Shown in pieces: positions 53,596 to 61,841 of a stretch of 64,000 bases of DNA (the stretch's first letter is position 1; each line of letters begins with the position of its first letter). This stretch comes from Rhodospirillaceae bacterium (GTDB lineage: Bacteria > Pseudomonadota > Alphaproteobacteria > UBA828): the NCBI GenBank assembly GCA_018666805.1, contig JABIXB010000250.1, positions 12,557 through 76,556 of the forward strand, given 5' to 3'. The translations under genes and the position numbers were made by a program. The notes under the pieces were generated by a model, which was not told the DNA's origin, searched no databases, and saw nothing but the letters and a program-made list of their open reading frames with translations.

Positions 53596-56500
53596 TTGAG
53601 AGATACGAAACCAGAGCCAACACGCCCGGACGCACCAACCAGAGGTGAAAAGCCATTCGTTGCTTGCGAGCCGGCCGATGCGCCGGCCGGGCTGGCGGCG
53701 GAAAACCGTGCTCTAAAAGCTGAATTGGAGCGTTATCGTTTGGCCGTCCTGGTAACGCGGGAGGGCCTGTGGGATTGGGATATTCCGAGCGGCATTATAT
53801 GGAACTCGTGGCGAACCCATGAAATGCTCGGTTTGGGCGATAGCGGGCCCGAGAGCCCGTTCGGACAGAAGATCAAGAATGATGATTGGATGTCGGCAGT
53901 TCATCCGGAAGATTATGACCGGGTCGCCGCGGCTGTACAAAATCATCTGCATAACAACGCACCCTATGATTTGGAATATCGGTTTCGCCAACCCGATGGC
54001 GAATACCGCTGGATGCGAACAACCGGCAAGGCGATCCGCGATGCGGATGGCGTGCCGACGCGTATGCTGGGCGCCCTCAGCGATATCACCGAGCACAAGT
54101 CGGGAGAGGAGGTAAGGCGGCGAAGCGAGGCTTATTTCCGTACCCTCTTCGACAGCACGACCATCGGCGTTACCATCACCCGGGCTGACGGCAGCTATGT
54201 GTTGACCAACGGCGCCTACCAACGGCTGGTCGGATACAGCGCCGCGGAACTTCAGCAATTGGGATGGCCGGATATCAGCCACCCCGGCGAGGTCGAGCGG
54301 ATCAAATCCGACATACAAGCGATGGTGAATGGCGAAAAACACGACATCACTTTTGAGAAACAATTTCTCCACAAAAGCGGCGGCATTGTTTGGGCGCGCC
54401 TGACGACGTTCCTGATTGGCGACGTTGAAGGCAAAGTGCCCCTGCGTGGCGCGATCGTCGAGGACATCACCGAACGCAAGCTGGCGGAGCTGGCGCTACG
54501 CGACAGCCAGGCGGAATCGGAAAGTGCGCGCGCCTATCTCACCGGCGCGTTGGAGAGCATGGATAATGGATTCGCTATATTTGACGCGGACGAACGCCTG
54601 GTAATGTGTAACGAGCAATTTCGAGCGCTGGCGCCCGAGGCCGCGCATCTCTACACGCCGGGGGCGCAGTTCGAGAGTGTTATTCGCGGTGGCGCCGAAT
54701 TGGGACAATGGAAACTCGGCGAAGACGGCGTGGCGGCGCTCGTCGAGAACCGGTTGGCGGAATTCAGGTCAGGCGGAAGACACGAAATGCCGCGCGCCGA
54801 CGGCACCTGGCTGGAGGCCTTTGACCACAAGACGGACGATGGCCTGACCATTTGCTACCGCATCGATATTACCGAGCGCAAGAAAGCCGAGGAAGCGCTG
54901 CGCCGAAGCGAAGCGAATTTGAACGAGGCGCAGAAAATAGGCCGGCTCGGGAGTTGGCACTGGATGGTCGGCGATAACGATGTTCTATGGTCTGACAGCC
55001 TGAAGGAAATGTACGGGCTTGCCTCCGAGCAGAATATTGAAGGCCGGGAGGGATTTCTCAAATTTCTGCATCCTGACGATGTCGAGCGGGTCCGAACAAG
55101 CATTTCCCAGGCAGTGGAAAATGATGCGGTCTATGAGGAGACCTATCGGATAATCCGCGCCGACGGCGAGGGGCGGGTTCTGCGCGGACGTGGCGCAGTG
55201 TTTCGCGATGATGCTGGCCAAGCCGTTCGTCTGGCAGGCATAACCGTCGATGTCACGGAGCAGATTGAGGCGGAGCGGGCTCTGCGTGACAGCGAACTGC
55301 GTTTGCGCGAGGCGCAGCATATTTCCAATATCGGCGATTGGGAATCGGTCGGCGCTACGGCTGACAGGCGTTGGTCGGACGAGATATACCGGATTTTGGG
55401 GCGCGAGCGGGACGATTATGAATCGACCTATGACAGTTTCATGGCGTGCGTGCATCCGGATGACCGCGAGCGGATCGCAATGGAGATCAGGAAAGGCATG
55501 GCGCTGGGCAAGCCGTTTTCCTTTGAGCACCGCATCGTTCGCCCGGACGGCAGCGTGCGCTATGTATTGCAACGCGCCATTTCGCGCCTTTCCGATGGTG
55601 GCGAATTGGGCCGCGCCGGTACCATTCAGGACATTACCGAGCGCAAAGCGATGGAGGAACAGCTTCAACAGGCACAAAAGATGGAGGCGGTGGGCCAGCT
55701 TACCGGCGGTATCGCCCATGATTTCAATAATCTTCTGGCTGTGATCATGGGCAATCTGGAACTGATAAGCAGTCAAATCGATGCTGAGGAGGCGGTCTTC
55801 GAAATGATCGAACGCGGCATTTCGGCTACCGAGCGCGGCGCTGATTTGACCCACAGGTTGCTCGCCTTCTCGCGCCGCCAGACGTTGATGCCGGTGGCCG
55901 TCGATCTTAATTTTCTGGTATCCGACATGATCGAGATGTTGCGCCGGACGCTCGGCGAGACGATCAAAATATTCACCAGCGAGCCGGCCGATCTGTGGCT
56001 GTGCGAAGCCGATCGATCGCAATTGGAGAACGCGCTGCTTAATTTGGCGATCAATGCCCGCGACGCCATGCCGAACGGCGGCAAATTAGTGATCGAGACG
56101 GCCAACATTTTGTTCGGCCCGGAACAGGCTGTGAGCGTTCCGGATATCGTGCCCGGTCCCTATGTCATGCTTGCCGTATCCGATACCGGCAGCGGCATTG
56201 GAGAAGATGCGCTGGAGCATGTCTTTGAGCCCTTCTTTACCACCAAGGAGGTGGGCAAGGGCTCGGGGTTGGGCCTCAGCATGGTCTACGGTTTTGCCCG
56301 TCAATCCGATGGCAATGTGACGATTGAGAGCGAGGAGGGCAAAGGTACCACGGTCAAGCTCTATCTGCCGCGTGCCCAGGACGTGGAATCGGAGCGCCGG
56401 CACCTGCCGGCGAAGGACAATATTCCATTGGGAAGCGGTGAGCATATTTTGGTGGTCGAGGATGATGCGGATGTTCGCGATCAGGCGGTGAATCTGCTCG

Positions 56501-56802
56501 TTGCACTTGGCTATGAGACGACCGGCGCGGCAACTGCGGAGGCGGCGATTGCGCTGGTAACGGACGCACAGCCGTTCGATCTCCTGTTGAGCGATGTGAT
56601 TTTGCCGGATTTGAGGGGGCCGGCCCTGGCCGAGCGGGTCAAACGCCGCGTTCCCGATATTGCGGTGGTGTACATGACCGGCTATGCCGAGGGCGCCTTT
56701 GAGCACCACGACGGAAAGGACAAATTGACGCGCTTGATCAACAAGCCTTTCTCAAAGGCCGAATTGGGGCGGGTCATTCACGACGCATTGCGATTTAACT
56801 AA
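53596..56802 (+). CDS. multi-PAS hybrid sensor histidine kinase / response regulator
   Basis: About 1068 aa. Several PAS/PAC repeats (recurring W...R..G.....E.R.... patterns), HisKA H-box (IAHDFNNLLAVIMGNLEL), HATPase_c (DTGSGIGED, GSGLGLSMVYGF) and a C-terminal receiver domain (LVVEDDADVRD...DLLLSDVILPD). No in-frame ATG occurs before residue 76, so the start is presumably TTG at 53596 or another non-ATG codon. Start confidence is low. Confidence 0.75.
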   Translation: MRDTKPEPTRPDAPTRGEKPFVACEPADAPAGLAAENRALKAELERYRLAVLVTREGLWDWDIPSGIIWNSWRTHEMLGLGDSGPESPFGQKIKNDDWMSAVHPEDYDRVAAAVQNHLHNNAPYDLEYRFRQPDGEYRWMRTTGKAIRDADGVPTRMLGALSDITEHKSGEEVRRRSEAYFRTLFDSTTIGVTITRADGSYVLTNGAYQRLVGYSAAELQQLGWPDISHPGEVERIKSDIQAMVNGEKHDITFEKQFLHKSGGIVWARLTTFLIGDVEGKVPLRGAIVEDITERKLAELALRDSQAESESARAYLTGALESMDNGFAIFDADERLVMCNEQFRALAPEAAHLYTPGAQFESVIRGGAELGQWKLGEDGVAALVENRLAEFRSGGRHEMPRADGTWLEAFDHKTDDGLTICYRIDITERKKAEEALRRSEANLNEAQKIGRLGSWHWMVGDNDVLWSDSLKEMYGLASEQNIEGREGFLKFLHPDDVERVRTSISQAVENDAVYEETYRIIRADGEGRVLRGRGAVFRDDAGQAVRLAGITVDVTEQIEAERALRDSELRLREAQHISNIGDWESVGATADRRWSDEIYRILGRERDDYESTYDSFMACVHPDDRERIAMEIRKGMALGKPFSFEHRIVRPDGSVRYVLQRAISRLSDGGELGRAGTIQDITERKAMEEQLQQAQKMEAVGQLTGGIAHDFNNLLAVIMGNLELISSQIDAEEAVFEMIERGISATERGADLTHRLLAFSRRQTLMPVAVDLNFLVSDMIEMLRRTLGETIKIFTSEPADLWLCEADRSQLENALLNLAINARDAMPNGGKLVIETANILFGPEQAVSVPDIVPGPYVMLAVSDTGSGIGEDALEHVFEPFFTTKEVGKGSGLGLSMVYGFARQSDGNVTIESEEGKGTTVKLYLPRAQDVESERRHLPAKDNIPLGSGEHILVVEDDADVRDQAVNLLVALGYETTGAATAEAAIALVTDAQPFDLLLSDVILPDLRGPALAERVKRRVPDIAVVYMTGYAEGAFEHHDGKDKLTRLINKPFSKAELGRVIHDALRFN

Positions 56803-56871
56803 AGGCCGCGTTGAATTCCAAATTCACCGGCGCGTCTGATAATTCCAACTATTCAAGCGGGGAGAACGGCA

Positions 56872-57375
56872 ATGAACGGCAAATCGCCGGTGATCAATCT
56901 TGACGATGTGACGCTTGAGCAGGCCGGCCCGTTCGGCGAGGCGGGCAGTTTTGAAGCCAAAACCGGCGCGGTCGGCCAAGCCGTCGGCGCCGGCAAGCTG
57001 GGCAGCAAGCTGGTGGTGGTGCCGCCCGGCAAACGCGCCTGGCCGTTTCATTTGCACCACGCCAACGAGGAGATGTTCGTTATCTTGGCGGGCTCGGGCA
57101 CCTTGCGCTACGGCGAGGATCGTTTTCCGTTGCGCGCAAATGATGTGATCGCCGCCCCGCCGGGCAGCGGCAAGGCGCACCAAATCATCAATGATTCGGA
57201 CATGGAATTGCGCTATCTCGCGATCAGCACCATGGAACATCCGGAAGTGGCGGAATATCCCGATTCAGACAAGATCGGCGTGGTCGCCGGATCGCCGCCC
57301 GGGCGGCGGCCCTATGATCTGTTTTATTTCACCCGCCGCCAATCCGGCGTTGATTATTGGGATGGCGAATCCTGA
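56872..57375 (+). CDS. cupin domain protein
   Basis: 167 aa with cupin motifs (PFHLHHANEEMFVILAGSG, then the second motif). AGGAGA-like SD (GGGGAGAACGGCAATG). Confidence 0.7.
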   Translation: MNGKSPVINLDDVTLEQAGPFGEAGSFEAKTGAVGQAVGAGKLGSKLVVVPPGKRAWPFHLHHANEEMFVILAGSGTLRYGEDRFPLRANDVIAAPPGSGKAHQIINDSDMELRYLAISTMEHPEVAEYPDSDKIGVVAGSPPGRRPYDLFYFTRRQSGVDYWDGES

Positions 57376-58319
57376 GGCCGCGCGCCGTGGCGTTGATAGG
57401 CCAGCTTCGCCGCGGCTAAATCCTCAAGCGCCGCGCCGACGGATTTGAACAGGGTTATTTCCGCTTCATCGCCGCGCCCCGCCGCCCCGCCGCTGGTCAA
57501 GGCGTTCATATCGGCCTGAATATCCGCTTCGGAAATAGCGCCGGATTTTATCGCCAGCAATATGTCGCCGCCCTCGGCCAGCGCGCCGCCCTTTGTGTCG
57601 ACATAAATACGCGCCCGCGCCATGGCCTGATCGTCGGTCTCGCGCATATCGGCGCGGAAGGCACCGACCAGATCGAGATGCACGCCGGGCTGAAGCCACG
57701 CACCCTGAATGAGCGGCGCGCCGGACAGCGTGGCGCAACTGATGATGTCGGCCCAGGCGGCGGAATCCTCTAAATTAACGGTGGCCGTTACGCTGAGACC
57801 GGGTGTGTTCAGCTTGGTCGCGAGCGCTTCTGCATTGGCTTCTGTGCGCGACCAGATGCGCACCTCGCGGATTGGGCGAATGGTGGCGTGGGCGCGGATC
57901 AGATGCGGCGCCAGGCTGCCGGAGCCGACCATCAGCAGGCGTTCCGAATTTTGCCGCGAGAGATAGTCCGAGGCCAGCGCCGAGGCGGCAGCTGTGCGCC
58001 AGCGCGTCAAAACCGTGCCTTCGATCAGGGCAAGCGGCTCGCCGCTCAATGCATCCATCAGATAATATTGCCCGAGGACGGAAGGCAGACCGCGCGCGGC
58101 GTTGTCGGCGAATATCGTGACCGTCTTCACGCCCATCATTCCGCCGGCCTGCCACGCCGGCATGATGAGCAGCGTGCCGGAAGAGCCGCCGGGGATATCC
58201 ACTGTGTGATGGTGGCGTGTTGGGCTTTCGCAGCCCAGGCGGAACATCTCGCGCAGCGCTTCGATCAGCGCCGGGAAATCGAGTAATTCTTCGAGCGCCT
58301 CAGCGCCGATAATTTGCAT
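57354..58319 (-). CDS. ornithine cyclodeaminase / mu-crystallin family protein
   Basis: 321 aa. Rossmann (LLMVGSGSLA) and family-wide pattern (GVKTVTIFADN, VHLDLVGAFRADMRE). 3' end overlaps the cupin gene convergently by 22 nt. Confidence 0.75.
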   Translation of the reverse strand: MQIIGAEALEELLDFPALIEALREMFRLGCESPTRHHHTVDIPGGSSGTLLIMPAWQAGGMMGVKTVTIFADNAARGLPSVLGQYYLMDALSGEPLALIEGTVLTRWRTAAASALASDYLSRQNSERLLMVGSGSLAPHLIRAHATIRPIREVRIWSRTEANAEALATKLNTPGLSVTATVNLEDSAAWADIISCATLSGAPLIQGAWLQPGVHLDLVGAFRADMRETDDQAMARARIYVDTKGGALAEGGDILLAIKSGAISEADIQADMNALTSGGAAGRGDEAEITLFKSVGAALEDLAAAKLAYQRHGARPQDSPSQ

Positions 58320-58325
58320 CTGAAG

Positions 58326-60050
58326 CTATCCCGCGCGGTAGCCGTAATCCTTGCCGGCGCGCTCGGGCGTGACGTAGCCCTCGGCCAGATCGTTCTCGAT
58401 TGCCGCGCGGTCGCGCTTGGCCATCTCACCGAAGCCGCCGCCGCCGGCGGTGCGGATGCGGATACGGTCGCCCCGATGGACGGTGATGTTGGACCATTTG
58501 CTGGTCGAGGGCTTGTTGAACGCCTCAGTCATGGTCTGCCATTCGCTCCCGCCCGAGGCCATGAACACCGTTGTGCCGGTGCCGCCGTGGCCGCCGCCAT
58601 TGAGCCCCCAGGCACTGTGATGGTGGCGGTCGGAGAGTTGGCTGATGATCATATCGGGATTGTCGCAGCGGAGCGTGCGCGTGGTGGCGAGGCCGCCCCT
58701 GTAGGTGCCAGCCCCGCCTGAATCGGGAACCAAGCCGAAATTCTCGGTAAACCAGGGATAGCGCGTTTCGAACACTTCGACCGGAATCACCCGGCAATTG
58801 CCGTTGATCGAATCGGTGGCATCGTTGCCGTCGGCATAGGGCCGCCCGCCCCAGCCGGACAGCTCGATATCGTAGCAGGCGAAATATTCATCGAACTCGT
58901 GATCCTGGCCGCCAAAGACGAAATTGGTGTGCGAGCCGCCTTCCGCCGCCATGGCGCGCGCCGGGATGCCGGGCGCGAGCGCGCCCATGACCGTGCCGGC
59001 GATGCGCGGATGGGTCTCGGTATTGCCGCCCACTTCCGGCGCCGGGTAATCGACATTGGTCACCATAGTGGGCGGCGCGACGACGCGAATGGGGCGGAAA
59101 CAGCCGGAATTTTTCGGAATCGACGCATCCGTCATATGCAGGATGGCGTTGAAGGTCGCCGACCAGGTGACGCCGAGGGTGGCGTTGATCGGGCCTTTCA
59201 TTTGCGGCGAGGAGTCGCGGAAATCGACGACGATCTCGTCGCCCTGGACGAAAGCGGCGACATTGATCGCGGCGCGCTCATTGCTGAGCCCGTCATTGTC
59301 CATATAGTCCTCGAAATCATAGCGCCCGTCCGGCACCTGGGATAATTCGCCGCGCATGCGCGCTTCGGAATAGTCCATCAGGTCGGCGCAGATCTGCTGG
59401 AAATTTTCGCGCCCCTGTTTTTTAACAACCTCCTTGAGCCGCGCCGCACCGACTTCGACGCCGCTGATCAGCGCCCGCATATCGCCGTAATTGTGGCGCG
59501 GCGTGCGCACATTGGCGAGCCACAGCTTCCACACTTCGGCGACATCCTCGCCGCGCTTTTTGATCTTCACCGGCGGCACGCGGATGCCTTCGTGGAAGAT
59601 TTCGGAAGCCTCGGCCGGGAACGAGCCCGGCGCCATGCCGCCGACTTCCGCGACATGGCCAATGGCAACCGTGAAGGCGATCAATTCGCCGTCGACGAAA
59701 ACCGGTGTGAACAGCGAATGTTCCGGTGTGTGCAGGCCGCCCCGGTAGGGATCGTTGTGGACGATCACATCGCCCTCTTCGATATCGTCGAGCGGAATTT
59801 CCTGTAAAGAGGATTGGATCACCAGCGGCATGCCGCCGATTTGCGCCGGGCAAAATTCGGCCACGGCATACATATCGCCATTGGGTGCGGCGATGGCGCA
59901 GGTAAAATCGAGCGCTTCGTTGAAGATCGTCGAATAGGACGTCTTCATCAGGGTAATGCCCATTTCGCGGCACACCGAAATCATGGTCGAATCGAGAATG
60001 CTCATGGCGACCATGTCGACCTTGCGGCCGGTGTTATTGCCGGGGCTCAT
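58326..60050 (-). CDS. hydantoinase B / oxoprolinase family protein (HyuB paralog 1 of tandem pair)
   Basis: 574 aa. DPYRGGLHTPE, GGNTETH and GGGGFG motifs of the B-subunit family. Follows the second B gene after a 42-nt gap and precedes the cyclodeaminase gene by 6 nt. Confidence 0.85.
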   Translation of the reverse strand: MSPGNNTGRKVDMVAMSILDSTMISVCREMGITLMKTSYSTIFNEALDFTCAIAAPNGDMYAVAEFCPAQIGGMPLVIQSSLQEIPLDDIEEGDVIVHNDPYRGGLHTPEHSLFTPVFVDGELIAFTVAIGHVAEVGGMAPGSFPAEASEIFHEGIRVPPVKIKKRGEDVAEVWKLWLANVRTPRHNYGDMRALISGVEVGAARLKEVVKKQGRENFQQICADLMDYSEARMRGELSQVPDGRYDFEDYMDNDGLSNERAAINVAAFVQGDEIVVDFRDSSPQMKGPINATLGVTWSATFNAILHMTDASIPKNSGCFRPIRVVAPPTMVTNVDYPAPEVGGNTETHPRIAGTVMGALAPGIPARAMAAEGGSHTNFVFGGQDHEFDEYFACYDIELSGWGGRPYADGNDATDSINGNCRVIPVEVFETRYPWFTENFGLVPDSGGAGTYRGGLATTRTLRCDNPDMIISQLSDRHHHSAWGLNGGGHGGTGTTVFMASGGSEWQTMTEAFNKPSTSKWSNITVHRGDRIRIRTAGGGGFGEMAKRDRAAIENDLAEGYVTPERAGKDYGYRAG

Positions 60051-60092
60051 GCCGGTTCCTTCTTTTGCCGCAGCTTTTTGTTGGGCGTAAGC

Positions 60093-61823
60093 CTAGTCGT
60101 CGCCGGTGCCTTCCAGGCCATAGGCCTCGCGCGCTTGCTTGGGCGAGATATAGCCCTCCGACAAATCTTCCCGCACCTTGTCTTGCGAGCGTTCGCCGGG
60201 CTCGCCCCAGCCGCCGCCGCCCGGCGTTTGAAAGCGCATGCGGTCGCCCGGCGCGATGGTGACATTGCTCCATTTGCTCGGGCTGACCTTGTTGAAGGCA
60301 TCGTCGATGGTGCGCCATTCAGTGGTGTTGGCGGCCATGTGCCAGGTCCCCGCCGTGCCGCCGGAATGGCCGCCAAACAGGCCCCACGGCCGGTTGTGAT
60401 GGCGGTCCGACATTTGGCTGCCGGTGATTTCCGTATCCAACCCTTTAAGTGTGCGCTGGGTGCTGAGACCGCCGCGGTGCCTGCCGGCGCCGCCCGAATC
60501 CTCGACCAGCTTGAACGATTCGCATTGCAGTGGAAAACGCGTTTCAAATACTTCGACCGGGATGACGCGGCAATTGCCGTTGATCGAATCGGTCGCGTCA
60601 TTGCCGTCGGCGAAATTGCGCCCGCCCCAGCCGGAGAGCTCGATAGCGTAGCAGACGAACGCCTCGCCGCTTTCCGCATCGGTGCCGCCAAAGACGAAAT
60701 TGGTGTGCGTCGCGCCTTCGGCCGCCATGGTGCAATCGGGCAGCGCGGCCGACATGGCGCCGATTACGGCACCGGCGATCTTGCAATGGGTCTCGGTATT
60801 GCCGCCCACTTCCGGCGCCGGATAATCGACATTGAGCAATGTGCCCGGCGGCGAGACGACACGAATCGGGCGGAAACAGCCGGAATTGGTTGGGATCGAT
60901 TCGTCGGTGATGTGCAGCATGCCATTATAGGCGGCGGAATAGGAGACGCCGAGGGTGGCGTTGATCGGGCCCTTGGCTTGCGGCGAGGTGCCGGTATAGT
61001 CGACCACCGCTTCGTCGCCGCTGATGTGGACGGCGACGTTGATGGTGTAGGATTTGTTCTCGATGCCGTCATCCTCTACTTCGTCGCTGAAGCTGTATTT
61101 GCCGTCCGGGATGGCTTGGATCTCGGCCCGCATGCGGCTCTCGGAATAATCGAGCAGATTGGCGACGTTCTGACGGAAATCATCCTTGCCGTATTTACGG
61201 ATCATGTTGGCAAGCTGGCGCTCGCCAATATCGGTGCCGGCAATCAGCGCCCGGAGGTCGCCGTAATTGTAGCGCGGCGTGCGCACGTTCGCGAGCAGCA
61301 GCTTCCACACTTCCTCGACATCCTCGCCGCATTTCTTAATGAAAACTGGCGGCACGCGGATGCCTTCCTGGAAAATCTCCGTTGCCTCGCCGGCAAAGGC
61401 GCCCGGCACCATGCCGCCGATTTCGGCCAGGTGGCCGATCGTCATGGCGAAGGCCATCAACTCGCCCTCGACAAAGACCGGCTGGATCAAGGTGTGCTCG
61501 GGCGCATGCAGGCCACCGCGGTAGGGGTCGTTATGGACGACGACATCGCCCGGTTCCCATTCCTCAAGCGGAATTTCCATGACGCAGCTCCTGACCAAGA
61601 GCGGCACGCCGCCGATCATCGACGGGCAGAACTCGGCCTGTGCGATCATTTGACCGTCCGGGCCGGCCAGCGCGCAGGTGAAATCGAGCGCCTCGTTGAA
61701 GATCGTCGAATAGGACGTCTTCATCAGGGTGATGCCCATTTCGCGGCAAATCGAAGTCATGGTCGAATCGATGATGCTCATCGTCACCATATCGACATCG
61801 GGTTTTTGGCTCATCTCATTCAC
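60093..61823 (-). CDS. hydantoinase B / oxoprolinase family protein (HyuB paralog 2 of tandem pair)
   Basis: 576 aa. Collinear with, and by eye about 60-70% identical to, the neighbouring B paralog (MSIIDSTMTSICREMGITLMKTSYSTIFNEALDFTCA versus MSILDSTMISVCREMGITLMKTSYSTIFNEALDFTCA). Confidence 0.85.
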   Translation of the reverse strand: MNEMSQKPDVDMVTMSIIDSTMTSICREMGITLMKTSYSTIFNEALDFTCALAGPDGQMIAQAEFCPSMIGGVPLLVRSCVMEIPLEEWEPGDVVVHNDPYRGGLHAPEHTLIQPVFVEGELMAFAMTIGHLAEIGGMVPGAFAGEATEIFQEGIRVPPVFIKKCGEDVEEVWKLLLANVRTPRYNYGDLRALIAGTDIGERQLANMIRKYGKDDFRQNVANLLDYSESRMRAEIQAIPDGKYSFSDEVEDDGIENKSYTINVAVHISGDEAVVDYTGTSPQAKGPINATLGVSYSAAYNGMLHITDESIPTNSGCFRPIRVVSPPGTLLNVDYPAPEVGGNTETHCKIAGAVIGAMSAALPDCTMAAEGATHTNFVFGGTDAESGEAFVCYAIELSGWGGRNFADGNDATDSINGNCRVIPVEVFETRFPLQCESFKLVEDSGGAGRHRGGLSTQRTLKGLDTEITGSQMSDRHHNRPWGLFGGHSGGTAGTWHMAANTTEWRTIDDAFNKVSPSKWSNVTIAPGDRMRFQTPGGGGWGEPGERSQDKVREDLSEGYISPKQAREAYGLEGTGDD

Positions 61824-61841
61824 TCCTCAAAAGCGGGTGCG

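Noticed and set aside
58326-61823. Possibility that one of the tandem hyuB paralogs is a pseudogene or assembly duplication
   Set aside because: Both ORFs are full length (574 and 576 aa), uninterrupted, and differ throughout at about 30-40% of residues while conserving family motifs. They are not a recent or collapsed duplicate or a decayed copy.
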